DNA from: an uncultured Bdellovibrionales bacterium
Lineage (GTDB): Bacteria; Bdellovibrionota_C; UBA2361; CAIXSY01
Length of the DNA stretch: 64,000 nt
NCBI GenBank assembly: GCA_964510065.1
Contig: CAZEAC010000008.1
Coordinates: forward strand, 9,007-73,006
Direction of reading: 5' to 3'
Below the pieces are notes generated by a model. The model had not been told where the DNA came from, searched no databases, and worked only from the letters and a program-made list of their open reading frames with translations. A program made the position numbers and the translations under genes. Each line of letters starts with the position of its first letter. Position 1 is the stretch's first letter. Positions 28,918 through 38,713 of the stretch are shown here, piece after piece.

Positions 28918-29700
28918 GTGATTGTTGGTCTAAATTTCGAGTTGAATGCGATGCGATGCGTAAAAAGTTTCATACGGAGATTGAGCGGACTGTCCGCGGG
29001 CTGTACAGCATCACCCTACCCCGTCGATCTCGACTCCGAGTTTTTGAGCCTCTACGCTCGCTGCAAAGAATTCACCATGACTTCCGTTGACGCGATGTAT
29101 CAGCTTCATCAGTCAATAAAATATATCATTACAAACGAGATTCCCGGTGATTTCGTCGAATGTGGTGTATGGCGCGGCGGAAGTGTCATGAACATTGCGC
29201 TTACATTGTCGGCGCTCAACGTACGCGATAGAAAGATTTGGCTGTATGATACATTTAGCGGAATGTCGCAACCCGAACATCGCGACATCGGAGTCTTTGG
29301 TGAAGACGCCGTACGCGATCACGCGCGTGCTCAAGTTCAAACTCACAATCAGTGGTGCTACGCGAGCTTAGAAGATGTACAGGCTAATGTGGCGCGCACT
29401 GAATATCCTCCCGAGCAGATTATGTTCATCAAAGGAAAAGTCGAGGATACTATTCCTAAGTCCGGCGTACCTTCGTCGATTGCCTTATTGCGACTGGATA
29501 CCGATTGGTATCAATCAACTTTCCACGAATTGCACCAGCTTTATCCGCTTATTTCGAAGCACGGTGTATTGATTATAGACGACTATGGGCATTGGCAAGG
29601 GGCGCGCGATGCGGTTGACGATTTCCTCAAGACATTGCCCGTACGACCGTTACTTCATCGAATCAATTACTCGGTCAGAAGTACGGTGAAGCCAAGTTAG
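28918..29700 (+). CDS. TylF/MycF-family (macrocin-O-methyltransferase-like) sugar O-methyltransferase
   Basis: GDFVECGVWRGGS...LYDTFSGM...LLRLDTDWY is a TylF-family signature. The track start is GTG 28918, and an in-frame ATG at 28951 is an alternative. Confidence 0.65.
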   Translation: MIVGLNFELNAMRCVKSFIRRLSGLSAGCTASPYPVDLDSEFLSLYARCKEFTMTSVDAMYQLHQSIKYIITNEIPGDFVECGVWRGGSVMNIALTLSALNVRDRKIWLYDTFSGMSQPEHRDIGVFGEDAVRDHARAQVQTHNQWCYASLEDVQANVARTEYPPEQIMFIKGKVEDTIPKSGVPSSIALLRLDTDWYQSTFHELHQLYPLISKHGVLIIDDYGHWQGARDAVDDFLKTLPVRPLLHRINYSVRSTVKPS

Positions 29701-29711
29701 CAAGCACCGAG

Positions 29712-30458
29712 TCAATTGCTCCCACGTTGAGCTACTACTATAAATTCCGGAATGGCAGTAACCGGCTGCGTAGGATCCTTAAGAGATGGAGTCATATAAT
29801 CTATTAGTTCCCCGACACTGTTGAGCAAAAAAGTTGTCGCCCCCCGAAACAATCGTCGAATGCGCGATTGACTTAAGCCGCGATACGCATAGTGCGCCAA
29901 CAGGAAAAATACACCTGAAACTGTCCCTCGTGTCGGAAAAATTTTAATTTCGATGAAGTTTGCGGAGCGGCTAAATTGTAACGGCAACCCGGTCTGCGTC
30001 CAGCGCCAATGATCGTGCGGACTCGGATGCCATGGAAAACACCCATGGGTCGAAAGAATTACTCGCCCTCCTGGACGCAATACTCTATATAGTTCCTTGA
30101 GCACCATATCAGGATTATGAACGTGCTCGAGCACCGAAAAACAGATCACCAAGTCTTGAGATTTATCACGAATCGCGAGCGCTTCCGCGGTACACACTAC
30201 GTCCGTATTCATTCCAGGCGCGCAAATCTCGGTTCCGATGTACCTGCGAGCAAACTTCGCGAGTATCGGATAGAATGGTTTTGAGCCACAGCCGACGTCC
30301 AAGACGTCCAATAAGTTCGACCTATCCGTAATTTCATTTTGCAAAAGGACGCGAAGCGTTCGCACGAAGGCACTCGAACCCAAATAATCGGGGTGAGTTC
30401 GCGAGGGAGCTCGTCGTTCTCTCAATGGCCATGTTACGTCAAGCGCTTCGTCATTCAT
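29712..30458 (-). CDS. class I SAM-dependent methyltransferase, translationally coupled to wzt (candidate chain-terminating methyltransferase)
   Basis: VLDVGCGSKP is motif I and LRPGGRVILS is also present. The start overlaps the wzt stop by 4 bp. Confidence 0.65.
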   Translation of the reverse strand: MNDEALDVTWPLRERRAPSRTHPDYLGSSAFVRTLRVLLQNEITDRSNLLDVLDVGCGSKPFYPILAKFARRYIGTEICAPGMNTDVVCTAEALAIRDKSQDLVICFSVLEHVHNPDMVLKELYRVLRPGGRVILSTHGCFPWHPSPHDHWRWTQTGLPLQFSRSANFIEIKIFPTRGTVSGVFFLLAHYAYRGLSQSRIRRLFRGATTFLLNSVGELIDYMTPSLKDPTQPVTAIPEFIVVAQRGSN

Positions 30459-31696
30459 GCAGTTCTAAAATCAAACTCACACCGATATACACCCGGATAA
30501 TCCACATCGTCGCGCACATCAACTGCTTCGGCGGCACATTGCAGGGTCATCGCCTCTTCAATAAAATCGAGAATCTCACTTCGGTCGATACCAAGATAGA
30601 ATTGAAGTCTGTATAATGAGGGTCTCAAAAGCAGTTTACGCAGACAGATTACATAAGTTCGCGTTTCACCGGCCTTTAGAGACACGGTAACGCCCCGCAT
30701 TCCTGAATTGGCGTCGACTACTCGATTCCAAAAAGCATCGTAAAGCACCAGCGATACGTTAACGTTATCTACATTTTCACGCGCGCGCACCTGAAACGAA
30801 ACTTCAAGCGAATCGCCGGAACGAAACAACTTCGCATTTCCGTCACCGGCTATTCGCAAAGTAGCTTCTTCAAAATACACGCGACCGCTACCGATTCGTT
30901 TTGCCGCGGAAAGATCTTTGTGCCAGGTTGTTTCGCTTAGTGAGGAAGAAAGATAATACTGAATCGCATATTCTATACTATCGTCACACACCACCGCCCC
31001 TTGCTGCAAGACGATTCCACGCGTGCACAGCGATCGCAGCACTCCCAAATTATGGCTTACAAAAATGACCGTTCGACCACCGTGCGCCAGATCATTCATG
31101 TGCCTTAAACACTTCCGTTGAAACTCCGCGTCACCAACCGCGAGCACCTCATCGACAAATATGATCTCAGCTTGTAAGTGCGCGGCAACGGCGAACGCAA
31201 GGCGCACGTACATTCCCGAGGAGTAATGCTTCACCGGAGTATCGATAAAATTGGAAATCCCCGAAAATTCAACAATTTGATCAAACTGCTGAATAATTTC
31301 ATGCCGTTTCATTCCGAGAATAGTTCCACTTAGATATATATTTTCTTTTCCCGTAAGCTCAGGATGAAATCCGGTGCCGACTTCCAACAGGCTCGCGCAG
31401 CGTCCACGCATAATTGCACGACCGGCGGTGGGTTCGGTAATTCGTGACAGTACCTTGAGCAGCGTGCTTTTTCCCGCTCCGTTTGATCCGACCAAACCGA
31501 CTATTTCTCCGGGAAAAATTTCAAAGGAAACATCCTTCAGTGCGTCTATCGTTGCCCGAGGCGCCGCCTGTTCAACTCGGCTCCCTCCCGCCGTCACCAC
31601 CCGCACCAATGAATCTCGCAAAGTACGATAGCGATTATCGTCTATGACATGGCGATACGATTTACAGATATTTTCAACGGAAATGACCGACTCCAC
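30455..31696 (-). CDS. wzt: ABC transporter ATP-binding protein Wzt with C-terminal carbohydrate-binding extension
   Basis: Walker A GSNGAGKST, signature YSSGMYVRLAFA and Walker B IIFVDEVLAVGD are all present. At 413 aa the protein has an extra ~160-aa C-terminal beta-rich domain. Confidence 0.85.
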   Translation of the reverse strand: MESVISVENICKSYRHVIDDNRYRTLRDSLVRVVTAGGSRVEQAAPRATIDALKDVSFEIFPGEIVGLVGSNGAGKSTLLKVLSRITEPTAGRAIMRGRCASLLEVGTGFHPELTGKENIYLSGTILGMKRHEIIQQFDQIVEFSGISNFIDTPVKHYSSGMYVRLAFAVAAHLQAEIIFVDEVLAVGDAEFQRKCLRHMNDLAHGGRTVIFVSHNLGVLRSLCTRGIVLQQGAVVCDDSIEYAIQYYLSSSLSETTWHKDLSAAKRIGSGRVYFEEATLRIAGDGNAKLFRSGDSLEVSFQVRARENVDNVNVSLVLYDAFWNRVVDANSGMRGVTVSLKAGETRTYVICLRKLLLRPSLYRLQFYLGIDRSEILDFIEEAMTLQCAAEAVDVRDDVDYPGVYRCEFDFRTA

Positions 31697-31741
31697 GCGT
31701 TCTCAGTTCCTTTGTTTATTCCTTTTTATGCACCGTATTCG

Positions 31742-32563
31742 CTATGCCAAATCTGCCAAGTGTCTCTCGTTCTGACGAAAATAAGCAATTCCCGCCACGC
31801 ACAGTAGTAGCGAACTCACTCCTGATAGTCCCATCGCAAGGCACGAAGGTTGAGGCATTCCTAAAAGGACCCAACGAGAACTTTCAATGATGGTCACTAG
31901 CGGATTAAGCGCTAAGTAACGTTGAAAGAATCCTGGAAAGAGCGAGCTTGCGTAAAACACAGGCGAGGCAAATAATCCAATTTGTAAAAAAAACGGCACT
32001 ATATGGCGAATGTCTCTATATTGAGCGCTCAATCCCGCGACAAAAGTCGAAATACCGACAGTAGTGAGGAACAACGCACACAACACCAACACAATAAAGA
32101 GCGATCCAACATTAAAGGCAATTCCATAAGACCACGCCATCGCCATAAATAGGACGAATAAAAGTATAAAATCCACGGAACTCGCCAAAATAGCCGCGAG
32201 CGGAATTAGAAGCCGCGGAAAATAAACCTTGGTCATTATTGGCGCATCCGTCACGACTGACTGCATTGCGCCCTGTACCGATGCGGCAAAAAAATTCCAG
32301 ACGATCAACCCAAGCAGCGCAAAGATCGGATACGGCACATTATCTATCCGAAAAGCATCCACTCTACTGAAGGCTGCATTAAGTATGAGAATCATCAGCA
32401 GCGGCTGTACCACGACCCAAGCAATTCCGATAACAGTTTGACGATAGCGAACTTTAAGGTACCGTAAAGTAAGCAGCCATAGAAGATCGCGGAATTCAAA
32501 GAGTTCTCTCAGCCTGAGTGCTTGCCAGCCATTTTTTTTTTCAATAACGATCGGTGTAATCAT
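31742..32563 (-). CDS. wzm: ABC-2 type polysaccharide export permease Wzm
   Basis: 273 aa with 6 TM segments. The N-terminal ...FRDLLWLLTLRYLKVRYRQTVIGIAW is the typical ABC-2 Wzm/KpsM start. It lies immediately upstream of wzt. Confidence 0.8.
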   Translation of the reverse strand: MITPIVIEKKNGWQALRLRELFEFRDLLWLLTLRYLKVRYRQTVIGIAWVVVQPLLMILILNAAFSRVDAFRIDNVPYPIFALLGLIVWNFFAASVQGAMQSVVTDAPIMTKVYFPRLLIPLAAILASSVDFILLFVLFMAMAWSYGIAFNVGSLFIVLVLCALFLTTVGISTFVAGLSAQYRDIRHIVPFFLQIGLFASPVFYASSLFPGFFQRYLALNPLVTIIESSRWVLLGMPQPSCLAMGLSGVSSLLLCVAGIAYFRQNERHLADLA

Positions 32564-33657
32564 CGAGCACTTTGCGTTAGAACGTTTGCCACGAGTAACA
32601 AGTTATACACGGCGTCACTCATTTTATTACTTCCCCGCTCATTAAAATGACAATTATCCTGGAAGTCGTCCACATTAAATAGCGCCGGATCACTAAGTGT
32701 GGAACCGAAAACAAGACCGCGTTCTTCGGCAATATCTTGATTAATTCGATTGTGCTCAACAACGCCCTTCAAGAACTTCCGATCCGTCTCATCACGGGGG
32801 TTAAAGACTTGAGGAAGTAGCACCACTCGATGTCCTTGTTTCGTTAGAAGATCAACCAATAACCGCAAATATTCCGAGTATTCGTGCGCGGAATTGTGCT
32901 TTAACGCAGCCTCCCAGTTTTCTACTTTGCCCCATCCCCGCGAGGTAAGTGAATCGATACCACGTAAAGAATAGGGAGCGATATATCGTCTAAAATAGTA
33001 GTAATGGTACGCTCGAGAATAACTATACCAAGCTCTGCCGAAAGGTGGTGCAATTTCCTGATCAACCCAAGGAATGCGCCAATTTCCATAATCGCTCGTT
33101 ATCGTGCCTGTAAGCCGAGGAAGAATATCATTTATTCCGGTATACAGAATCACAAGATCGGGCGCGAGACGGCTCAGCATCGTGACATAGTGAATTGTAT
33201 TTTCAGCCACCGTATAGCCGCCGACCCCGCCATTGATCACTTCTGCCTGGGGATTGCCAAGCGCTCTTACACGGGTCTCAAGCTGATATACCCAAGTGTC
33301 TTCTTCGCGCGCAATGCCCTCACCGAACGTCGTACTTCCGCCCAGTGCCAGTATTCGCAATGCGGGGCGCGATTCATGAATTGGCTCCTTACGTCGAATG
33401 TAATATTCCCCATTAAACTGCACCGCACCACGATACTGGCTGCTTGGATTGAGGACGTAAGGAAGAAAATGGTGGCGTTTAAAATAAGCTCGATCACCCG
33501 GCGGATAACTATGTTCAGGCCCAATCGCCGCAAGGTACGCCTCGCGAAGCGAAGAATTAATCTTCCCGAGTTCGTAACGAAGTAACAGCCACGATGAGCC
33601 CTCAAGGAGAGTAAAACCTAAGAGTATCGACAATAGAAGCCTTAGCATCGCCACCAA
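32560..33657 (-). CDS. membrane-anchored SGNH-like hydrolase (GGS variant of block I)
   Basis: An N-terminal TM helix is followed by ILALGGSTTFGEG. It is paralogous to 53833-54969 and 58060-59139. The stop overlaps the wzm start by 4 bp. Confidence 0.5.
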   Translation of the reverse strand: MVAMLRLLLSILLGFTLLEGSSWLLLRYELGKINSSLREAYLAAIGPEHSYPPGDRAYFKRHHFLPYVLNPSSQYRGAVQFNGEYYIRRKEPIHESRPALRILALGGSTTFGEGIAREEDTWVYQLETRVRALGNPQAEVINGGVGGYTVAENTIHYVTMLSRLAPDLVILYTGINDILPRLTGTITSDYGNWRIPWVDQEIAPPFGRAWYSYSRAYHYYYFRRYIAPYSLRGIDSLTSRGWGKVENWEAALKHNSAHEYSEYLRLLVDLLTKQGHRVVLLPQVFNPRDETDRKFLKGVVEHNRINQDIAEERGLVFGSTLSDPALFNVDDFQDNCHFNERGSNKMSDAVYNLLLVANVLTQSAR

Positions 33658-33914
33658 TTCCTAGCATTATTCCTCGCGGGAATATTCGAGTCGACGGTCT
33701 CCATGTATGGTCGCAATAACAAGCTCGCAAAGTGCTTATAATCGGCATTTATACACCAGTACTATTCTCACTCGATAGTGACCGAAACGGATTCAATCGC
33801 CAAATTCATACCGTTGAACTAATCCGACATTTATTGTAAAGATTACAGCTACATGTGCAGTCTGTGCGTCGCACCTTCACCATAACCCGATCACACTACC
33901 CACAAAGTTAAAAG

Positions 33915-34898
33915 ATGTTTGTACCAGAATTCCTCCGTGCTCCAATTAATAACGGTCTCCTTATTCCGAAATATGCCTCGAACGGCAGTTTGCTGGAACT
34001 ACGAACGCAGGAAGGCTCGCAAGTGCCGATTAAGAACGGCGTGCCCCGCTTCGTTGATAGTGAGTATTACTGCGGCTCGTTTGGATTGCAGTGGGTGCGC
34101 TATCCGACAATACAATCCGACTCCTACACCGGCACGACAATATTCAAAGATCGATTGCAGCGCTGTCTTGGAATGCCTTTAGAATCTCTGCGAGGAAAAC
34201 TTGTTCTTGAGACCGGCTGCGGTTCTGGAAATTTCACCGAGATTCTTCTCGCACACGGCGCCAAGGTTTTTGCATGTGATCTCTCTCAAGCAATCGACGC
34301 GAATTACCGTCGATTTAATTCTCATCCCTCCTATTTTGCGTGCCAAGCCGACCTGCTTAAGGTACCAGTGGCGGAAAAGAGCTTCGATATTGTGCTATGC
34401 ATGGGCGTCGTTCAATCGACGCCCTCGCCCGAGGCAACTATTAAACGTCTCTGCCAATACGTAAAACCCGGGGGGCTGGTGATCTTTGATCATTATTCGG
34501 ATGGTTATCCACTCACCATTACACGTCGCATTTGGCGCAACCTCCTTTTGAGCTTTTCCCCGCCAGTACGGCTCGCTATGGTGCGAATCGGCTGTGCAAT
34601 CTTGTGGCCGATTCATAAGCTCCTATGGGATATTCGCACGCTCCCCAGGTGCTACAAACTTCGTCAACTGTTATTAAAGATTTCGCCGCTCGTTGATCTG
34701 TTCGATGCTTATCCACAGCTGCGCCTTGATGATCTGAGGATATGGTCCATGCTCATTACACATGACATGGTTACTGACGAGCTGCTGCAACTGCGTACAA
34801 AGGAGCAGATCTGCACCTGTCTGCAAAGTTGTGGGGTCGAGATTCAATACGCCGAGTACGCCGGAAACGGTGTGGAGATCCGGGCAAGAAAAATATAA
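33915..34898 (+). CDS. class I SAM-dependent methyltransferase with N-terminal Trm112-like/zinc-ribbon-like extension
   Basis: LVLETGCGSGNFT is motif I and VKPGGLVIF is also present. The N-terminus reads ...LELRTQEGSQVPIKNGVPRF. Confidence 0.65.
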   Translation: MFVPEFLRAPINNGLLIPKYASNGSLLELRTQEGSQVPIKNGVPRFVDSEYYCGSFGLQWVRYPTIQSDSYTGTTIFKDRLQRCLGMPLESLRGKLVLETGCGSGNFTEILLAHGAKVFACDLSQAIDANYRRFNSHPSYFACQADLLKVPVAEKSFDIVLCMGVVQSTPSPEATIKRLCQYVKPGGLVIFDHYSDGYPLTITRRIWRNLLLSFSPPVRLAMVRIGCAILWPIHKLLWDIRTLPRCYKLRQLLLKISPLVDLFDAYPQLRLDDLRIWSMLITHDMVTDELLQLRTKEQICTCLQSCGVEIQYAEYAGNGVEIRARKI

Positions 34899-34951
34899 AA
34901 TGCACCTCGCGGTACGGAGTGTCTGCGCATTTAAACACAGCACTAAATCGA

Positions 34952-36118
34952 ATGCGTATCTTATTCATTACTCATGAGGATCTCGGCGAACAGGGCGGGC
35001 CGCGTGTTCACGCGCAAGCACTCGTTGCTGGGCTCATAAGGGCGGGCAACTCGGTCAGTGTCGCCGCGCCAATGTCACAAGCCTGGCGTGCCCCGGGGAA
35101 CACGGTCAATCTCAACCAAACTTCATACCGATCTCGCTGGGTGTTGGTAAGCTGTTGGCATCTTGCTCTGACATTTCTCAATATGATCAGATTCCTCAGA
35201 CGCAATCATAAGGAGTTTGATATTATATATTGTAGGGATCATTTTGCCGGCGTTATCGCAAGTCTTTTTTTAGTCCGCTCTCACTGCAAAATAATTCGCG
35301 AAGTAAACGGGTATCCGGCCGAGGAAGGGCAATCGGCTGAAAAATCACTTATCTCAAGATTCTTTAGTAAGATTGTGGGTTGGGCAGACGGTTACAGCTT
35401 TCACCATTCCGATTTCACGATCTTTGTCGCTCCGGCACTGCAGAAAAAATTTCTGGAACGATTTGGTGAACCCTCGAGCCGATATGCCGTCGAACGAAAT
35501 GGTGTTGACTTAGAGCGCTTCTCAGAAAGTGCCAAGTTGCGCGATTTACGAACGGAATGGCAGGCAGAGCACAAGATGATTATCATGCTGGTCGCAAGCC
35601 TCACGTACCGCAATAACATCGAAACGCTCCTCCAGGCAGCGCAGATTCTAAACTTGCAATCAATGCACTTTCTCGTGGTGATTGTCGGCAACGGGCCGAA
35701 ATACGATTCGTTGCTTGAATTGACGGCAGCCTTGAATCTGAATGACTGCGTACGTTTTACCGGTTCAGTGGATATAGAAATGAGTCCACATCTTCTTTAC
35801 AATGCCGACATATGCGTGGCTTGCCACCGAGCCGGCGCGCTCGGAAGCGCACTCAAGACAAATGAATATCTTGCCGCGGGAAAGGCTATTATTCAATCTG
35901 CGATAGAGGACACAGAGTATCTTGAAGAATTCAAAATTGGCCTTCGCTATACACCGTCGGACGCAAGCGACTTGGCGTCAAAAATACGTCAGTTGAGCAA
36001 TCCCACACTGCGCGCTCAGCTTGGGAGAAATGCCCGGAACTACGCCGTGCAGAACCTATCATGGCATTGCATCACTGAACGAATTGGCTCTCACTGCGAA
36101 AAGCTCATGCAACGCTGA
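34952..36118 (+). CDS. GT4-family glycosyltransferase
   Basis: MRILFITHEDLGEQGGPRVHAQAL is a typical GT4 N-terminus. Start ATG 34952 was chosen over the upstream TTG of the maximal ORF, which would overlap the preceding gene. Confidence 0.7.
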   Translation: MRILFITHEDLGEQGGPRVHAQALVAGLIRAGNSVSVAAPMSQAWRAPGNTVNLNQTSYRSRWVLVSCWHLALTFLNMIRFLRRNHKEFDIIYCRDHFAGVIASLFLVRSHCKIIREVNGYPAEEGQSAEKSLISRFFSKIVGWADGYSFHHSDFTIFVAPALQKKFLERFGEPSSRYAVERNGVDLERFSESAKLRDLRTEWQAEHKMIIMLVASLTYRNNIETLLQAAQILNLQSMHFLVVIVGNGPKYDSLLELTAALNLNDCVRFTGSVDIEMSPHLLYNADICVACHRAGALGSALKTNEYLAAGKAIIQSAIEDTEYLEEFKIGLRYTPSDASDLASKIRQLSNPTLRAQLGRNARNYAVQNLSWHCITERIGSHCEKLMQR

Positions 36119-36182
36119 CGGGCAAACTCTTTGACTTGCGGCATCTATCGTGCGGCGAAAAGCTGGTTTACAGTAGTTCTCA

Positions 36183-37949
36183 GTGTATTCGATTGGCATA
36201 AATGAAGGAATCAACGGCTCAGTCGTCGTCACCAAAGACGAACAGACCATATTTGCGCTTCAAGAAGAACGCATAAACCGCTTGAAGGAATTTCATGGTT
36301 TTCCCGTGAAAGCACTGAGCTTTGCGCTGCAGTATTTAAACCTAGATCCAAGCCAAGTTGAGTTTGTATGCCTCTCTAACTTATCGAGCTCCGTGCGCGA
36401 CCGAGCCACGTTTCAAAGACAATATGCTCAACGCGCGCGATCTTTCTCTCAGCGACTTCTTTCGGGAGATTTCACCCTCTACCGTGATTACGTGTGGCCG
36501 TTTCTCCCGCCGCTATTAGTCGAGTATGCTCGAAAGGTCGGCTCACATCGAGCGAACAGGATCGTTGAAAACACGGTTCGTGAGCATGGCTTCGCAGCTT
36601 CGCGAATCAAGCGCTGCCATCATCACCTCGCCCATGCGTCAGCCGCCTATTTCGCCTGCAGAAAAGATCCGATAACGCCGCACCTTGTACTTACCTTGGA
36701 TGGCGGCGGTGATTCGGATTGCGCGCATGTGTACCTCGCGTCAAAGGGTACTCTGAAATTGCTCGACTCAACACCCGCCGGCAATTCTATTGGAAACATC
36801 TATTCATGTGTCACTCAGGCATTAGGAATGATTCCACATGAGCATGAATACAAGCTTATGGGACTCGCAGGCTATGTCGACCCACGACATGCCACAACAT
36901 TACGCGCACATTTCGAGCGTTATCTCGAAATTGACCGTGCTCGTCCCGCGCGCTTCAAACGTAAGACATGGAGACTCACCTCACATTTACAACCTGTTTT
37001 GTTCAAGCAGGTATATTCGCAACGCTTTGATAATATATGCGGAGGATTGCAAGCGTTTACCGAAGCGCTTCTCCACGATTGGGTCACGGGGCTGATCGCG
37101 CACACCGGCGTAAGGAATGTTGTGGCCGCGGGGGGAGTCTTCATGAATGTCAAAGCGAACAAAATAATCGCCGAACTCCCCGAAATTGAACATTTTGACG
37201 TCTTTCCCTCGTGTGGCGATGAAAGTCTTGCGTTCGGATCGAATTGGTATCAACTTTCAACCGCGAAGCCCGATCTCCAGGATCGGATCAAGCTGCCAAG
37301 CCTTTATCTTGGGCCGGATGCATCTTTTGATATCGCCACAGCGCTCGAGCTTGCTCGCGCGGCAAACTTCCACATTGAGCCGCTGCACGACACCAACGAA
37401 GTCGTCGCGGCACTCCTTGACCAGGGGCAAATAGTAGCTCGTTGCTGCGGCAGAATGGAATTTGGCGCTCGCGCGCTTGGAAATCGATCAATTTTGGCCG
37501 ATCCCTCCAACACCGGCGTCATTTCCCGAATTAATCGAATGATCAAATGTCGTGACTTCTGGATGCCGTTTGCTCCCGCAGTTCTTTATGAATGCGTGAA
37601 TGATTACATACGGATTCCCAAATCACTGCCGCAAAAGATGCTGTCGCCCTACATGATGCATGCTTTTGATACAACAAGACAAAAGAACGACCTCTGTGCC
37701 GCACTTCATCCCTATGACAATACTGCCCGCGCACAAATAGTGGTAAAGGAACAGAATCCAAAATTTCACGATCTGATTGAACGTTTTCGGCGAAAGAGAG
37801 GAATCGGAGCACTCCTTAACACGTCATTTAATATTCATGGCTCTCCGATTGTCATGGGAGCGGTCGACGCGATGGATGTATTTATTCGATCGGACCTAAA
37901 CTATTTGCTCATCGACGATGTCTTAATTAGCAAAAGCACGACGCATTAG
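36183..37949 (+). CDS. NodU/CmcH-family O-carbamoyltransferase (second copy)
   Basis: The N-terminal YSIGINEGINGSVV, HHLAHASAAYF and the C-terminal ...LNTSFNIHGSPIV block are all present. The start is GTG. Confidence 0.8.
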   Translation: MYSIGINEGINGSVVVTKDEQTIFALQEERINRLKEFHGFPVKALSFALQYLNLDPSQVEFVCLSNLSSSVRDRATFQRQYAQRARSFSQRLLSGDFTLYRDYVWPFLPPLLVEYARKVGSHRANRIVENTVREHGFAASRIKRCHHHLAHASAAYFACRKDPITPHLVLTLDGGGDSDCAHVYLASKGTLKLLDSTPAGNSIGNIYSCVTQALGMIPHEHEYKLMGLAGYVDPRHATTLRAHFERYLEIDRARPARFKRKTWRLTSHLQPVLFKQVYSQRFDNICGGLQAFTEALLHDWVTGLIAHTGVRNVVAAGGVFMNVKANKIIAELPEIEHFDVFPSCGDESLAFGSNWYQLSTAKPDLQDRIKLPSLYLGPDASFDIATALELARAANFHIEPLHDTNEVVAALLDQGQIVARCCGRMEFGARALGNRSILADPSNTGVISRINRMIKCRDFWMPFAPAVLYECVNDYIRIPKSLPQKMLSPYMMHAFDTTRQKNDLCAALHPYDNTARAQIVVKEQNPKFHDLIERFRRKRGIGALLNTSFNIHGSPIVMGAVDAMDVFIRSDLNYLLIDDVLISKSTTH

Positions 37950-37957
37950 CGCGTAAT

Positions 37958-38713
37958 TTACCTTTTCGCGACAAAGACCATTTGATGACAATGATACGGA
38001 TCAAATCGCTCTGCGATTGGCTGAAGCCATTGGGGAAGCGGATAAAGCCCAAATCCTCGGCCACGCACCTGTGAAAATCCGACTATTCGAAGATAGCTGC
38101 GAAGTGCCTTAAAGCTAAAGACAACCAGATGCCGATGTGCCGGTGTTTCTGATTCAATATCGACTTTTTCCAATGTAGATGGCGATGAAGGCCTCTGCAG
38201 CGAGAGCAACTCTGATGAATCGGGATGAGGCCCGGTCGACGGCATTCGACCAAGCAGTAAATTCGCCACGGTGAAATAGGTGCTAATATTCGGAGTAAGC
38301 AAAATCAGCGTCCCCCCCGGCGCGAGAACTCGATGACATTCCCGGAGAAAGCGGCAACCATTCAGTAAATGCTCCAACACTGAAAACGCGAACACACACC
38401 GGAAGCTTTCGTTGGGATAAGGGAGCGGTTGATTCAGATCTCCTTGTACAACTTGCAAGCCTTTTGCGGCTGCACGCGAGACCTCGCCCGCACTCCACTC
38501 AATGCCGTAGTATTGCCGGCAATCAATAGTTGTCTTTGCGGCTATCTGCCCAAACCATTGCCCTTCGCCTGCCCCGCAGTCAAGGCAGGCCCCCCCGGAT
38601 TTCAGCACCTCACATGCTTGATCGATCGCTGCCTCATACGCTCGGCGCATCGTACTTTGATACAGCTCGCTCAAATAATCCGATAAAAACATATACCTAT
38701 GCAGCAGAGTCAC
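37958..38713 (-). CDS. class I SAM-dependent methyltransferase
   Basis: LDCGAGEGQW is motif I. VLAPGGTLILLTPN is also present. Confidence 0.65.
   Translation of the reverse strand: MTLLHRYMFLSDYLSELYQSTMRRAYEAAIDQACEVLKSGGACLDCGAGEGQWFGQIAAKTTIDCRQYYGIEWSAGEVSRAAAKGLQVVQGDLNQPLPYPNESFRCVFAFSVLEHLLNGCRFLRECHRVLAPGGTLILLTPNISTYFTVANLLLGRMPSTGPHPDSSELLSLQRPSSPSTLEKVDIESETPAHRHLVVFSFKALRSYLRIVGFSQVRGRGFGLYPLPQWLQPIAERFDPYHCHQMVFVAKR

Noticed and set aside
33004-33585. 193-aa plus-strand ORF
   Set aside because: It is antisense inside the SGNH-like gene 32560-33657 and has no motifs.
34829-34951. TTG-initiated 5' extension of the GT4 gene
   Set aside because: The extension overlaps the preceding methyltransferase gene, and the encoded peptide is Arg/Lys-rich junk. 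MRILFITHEDLGEQGG at ATG 34952 is a canonical GT4 N-terminus.
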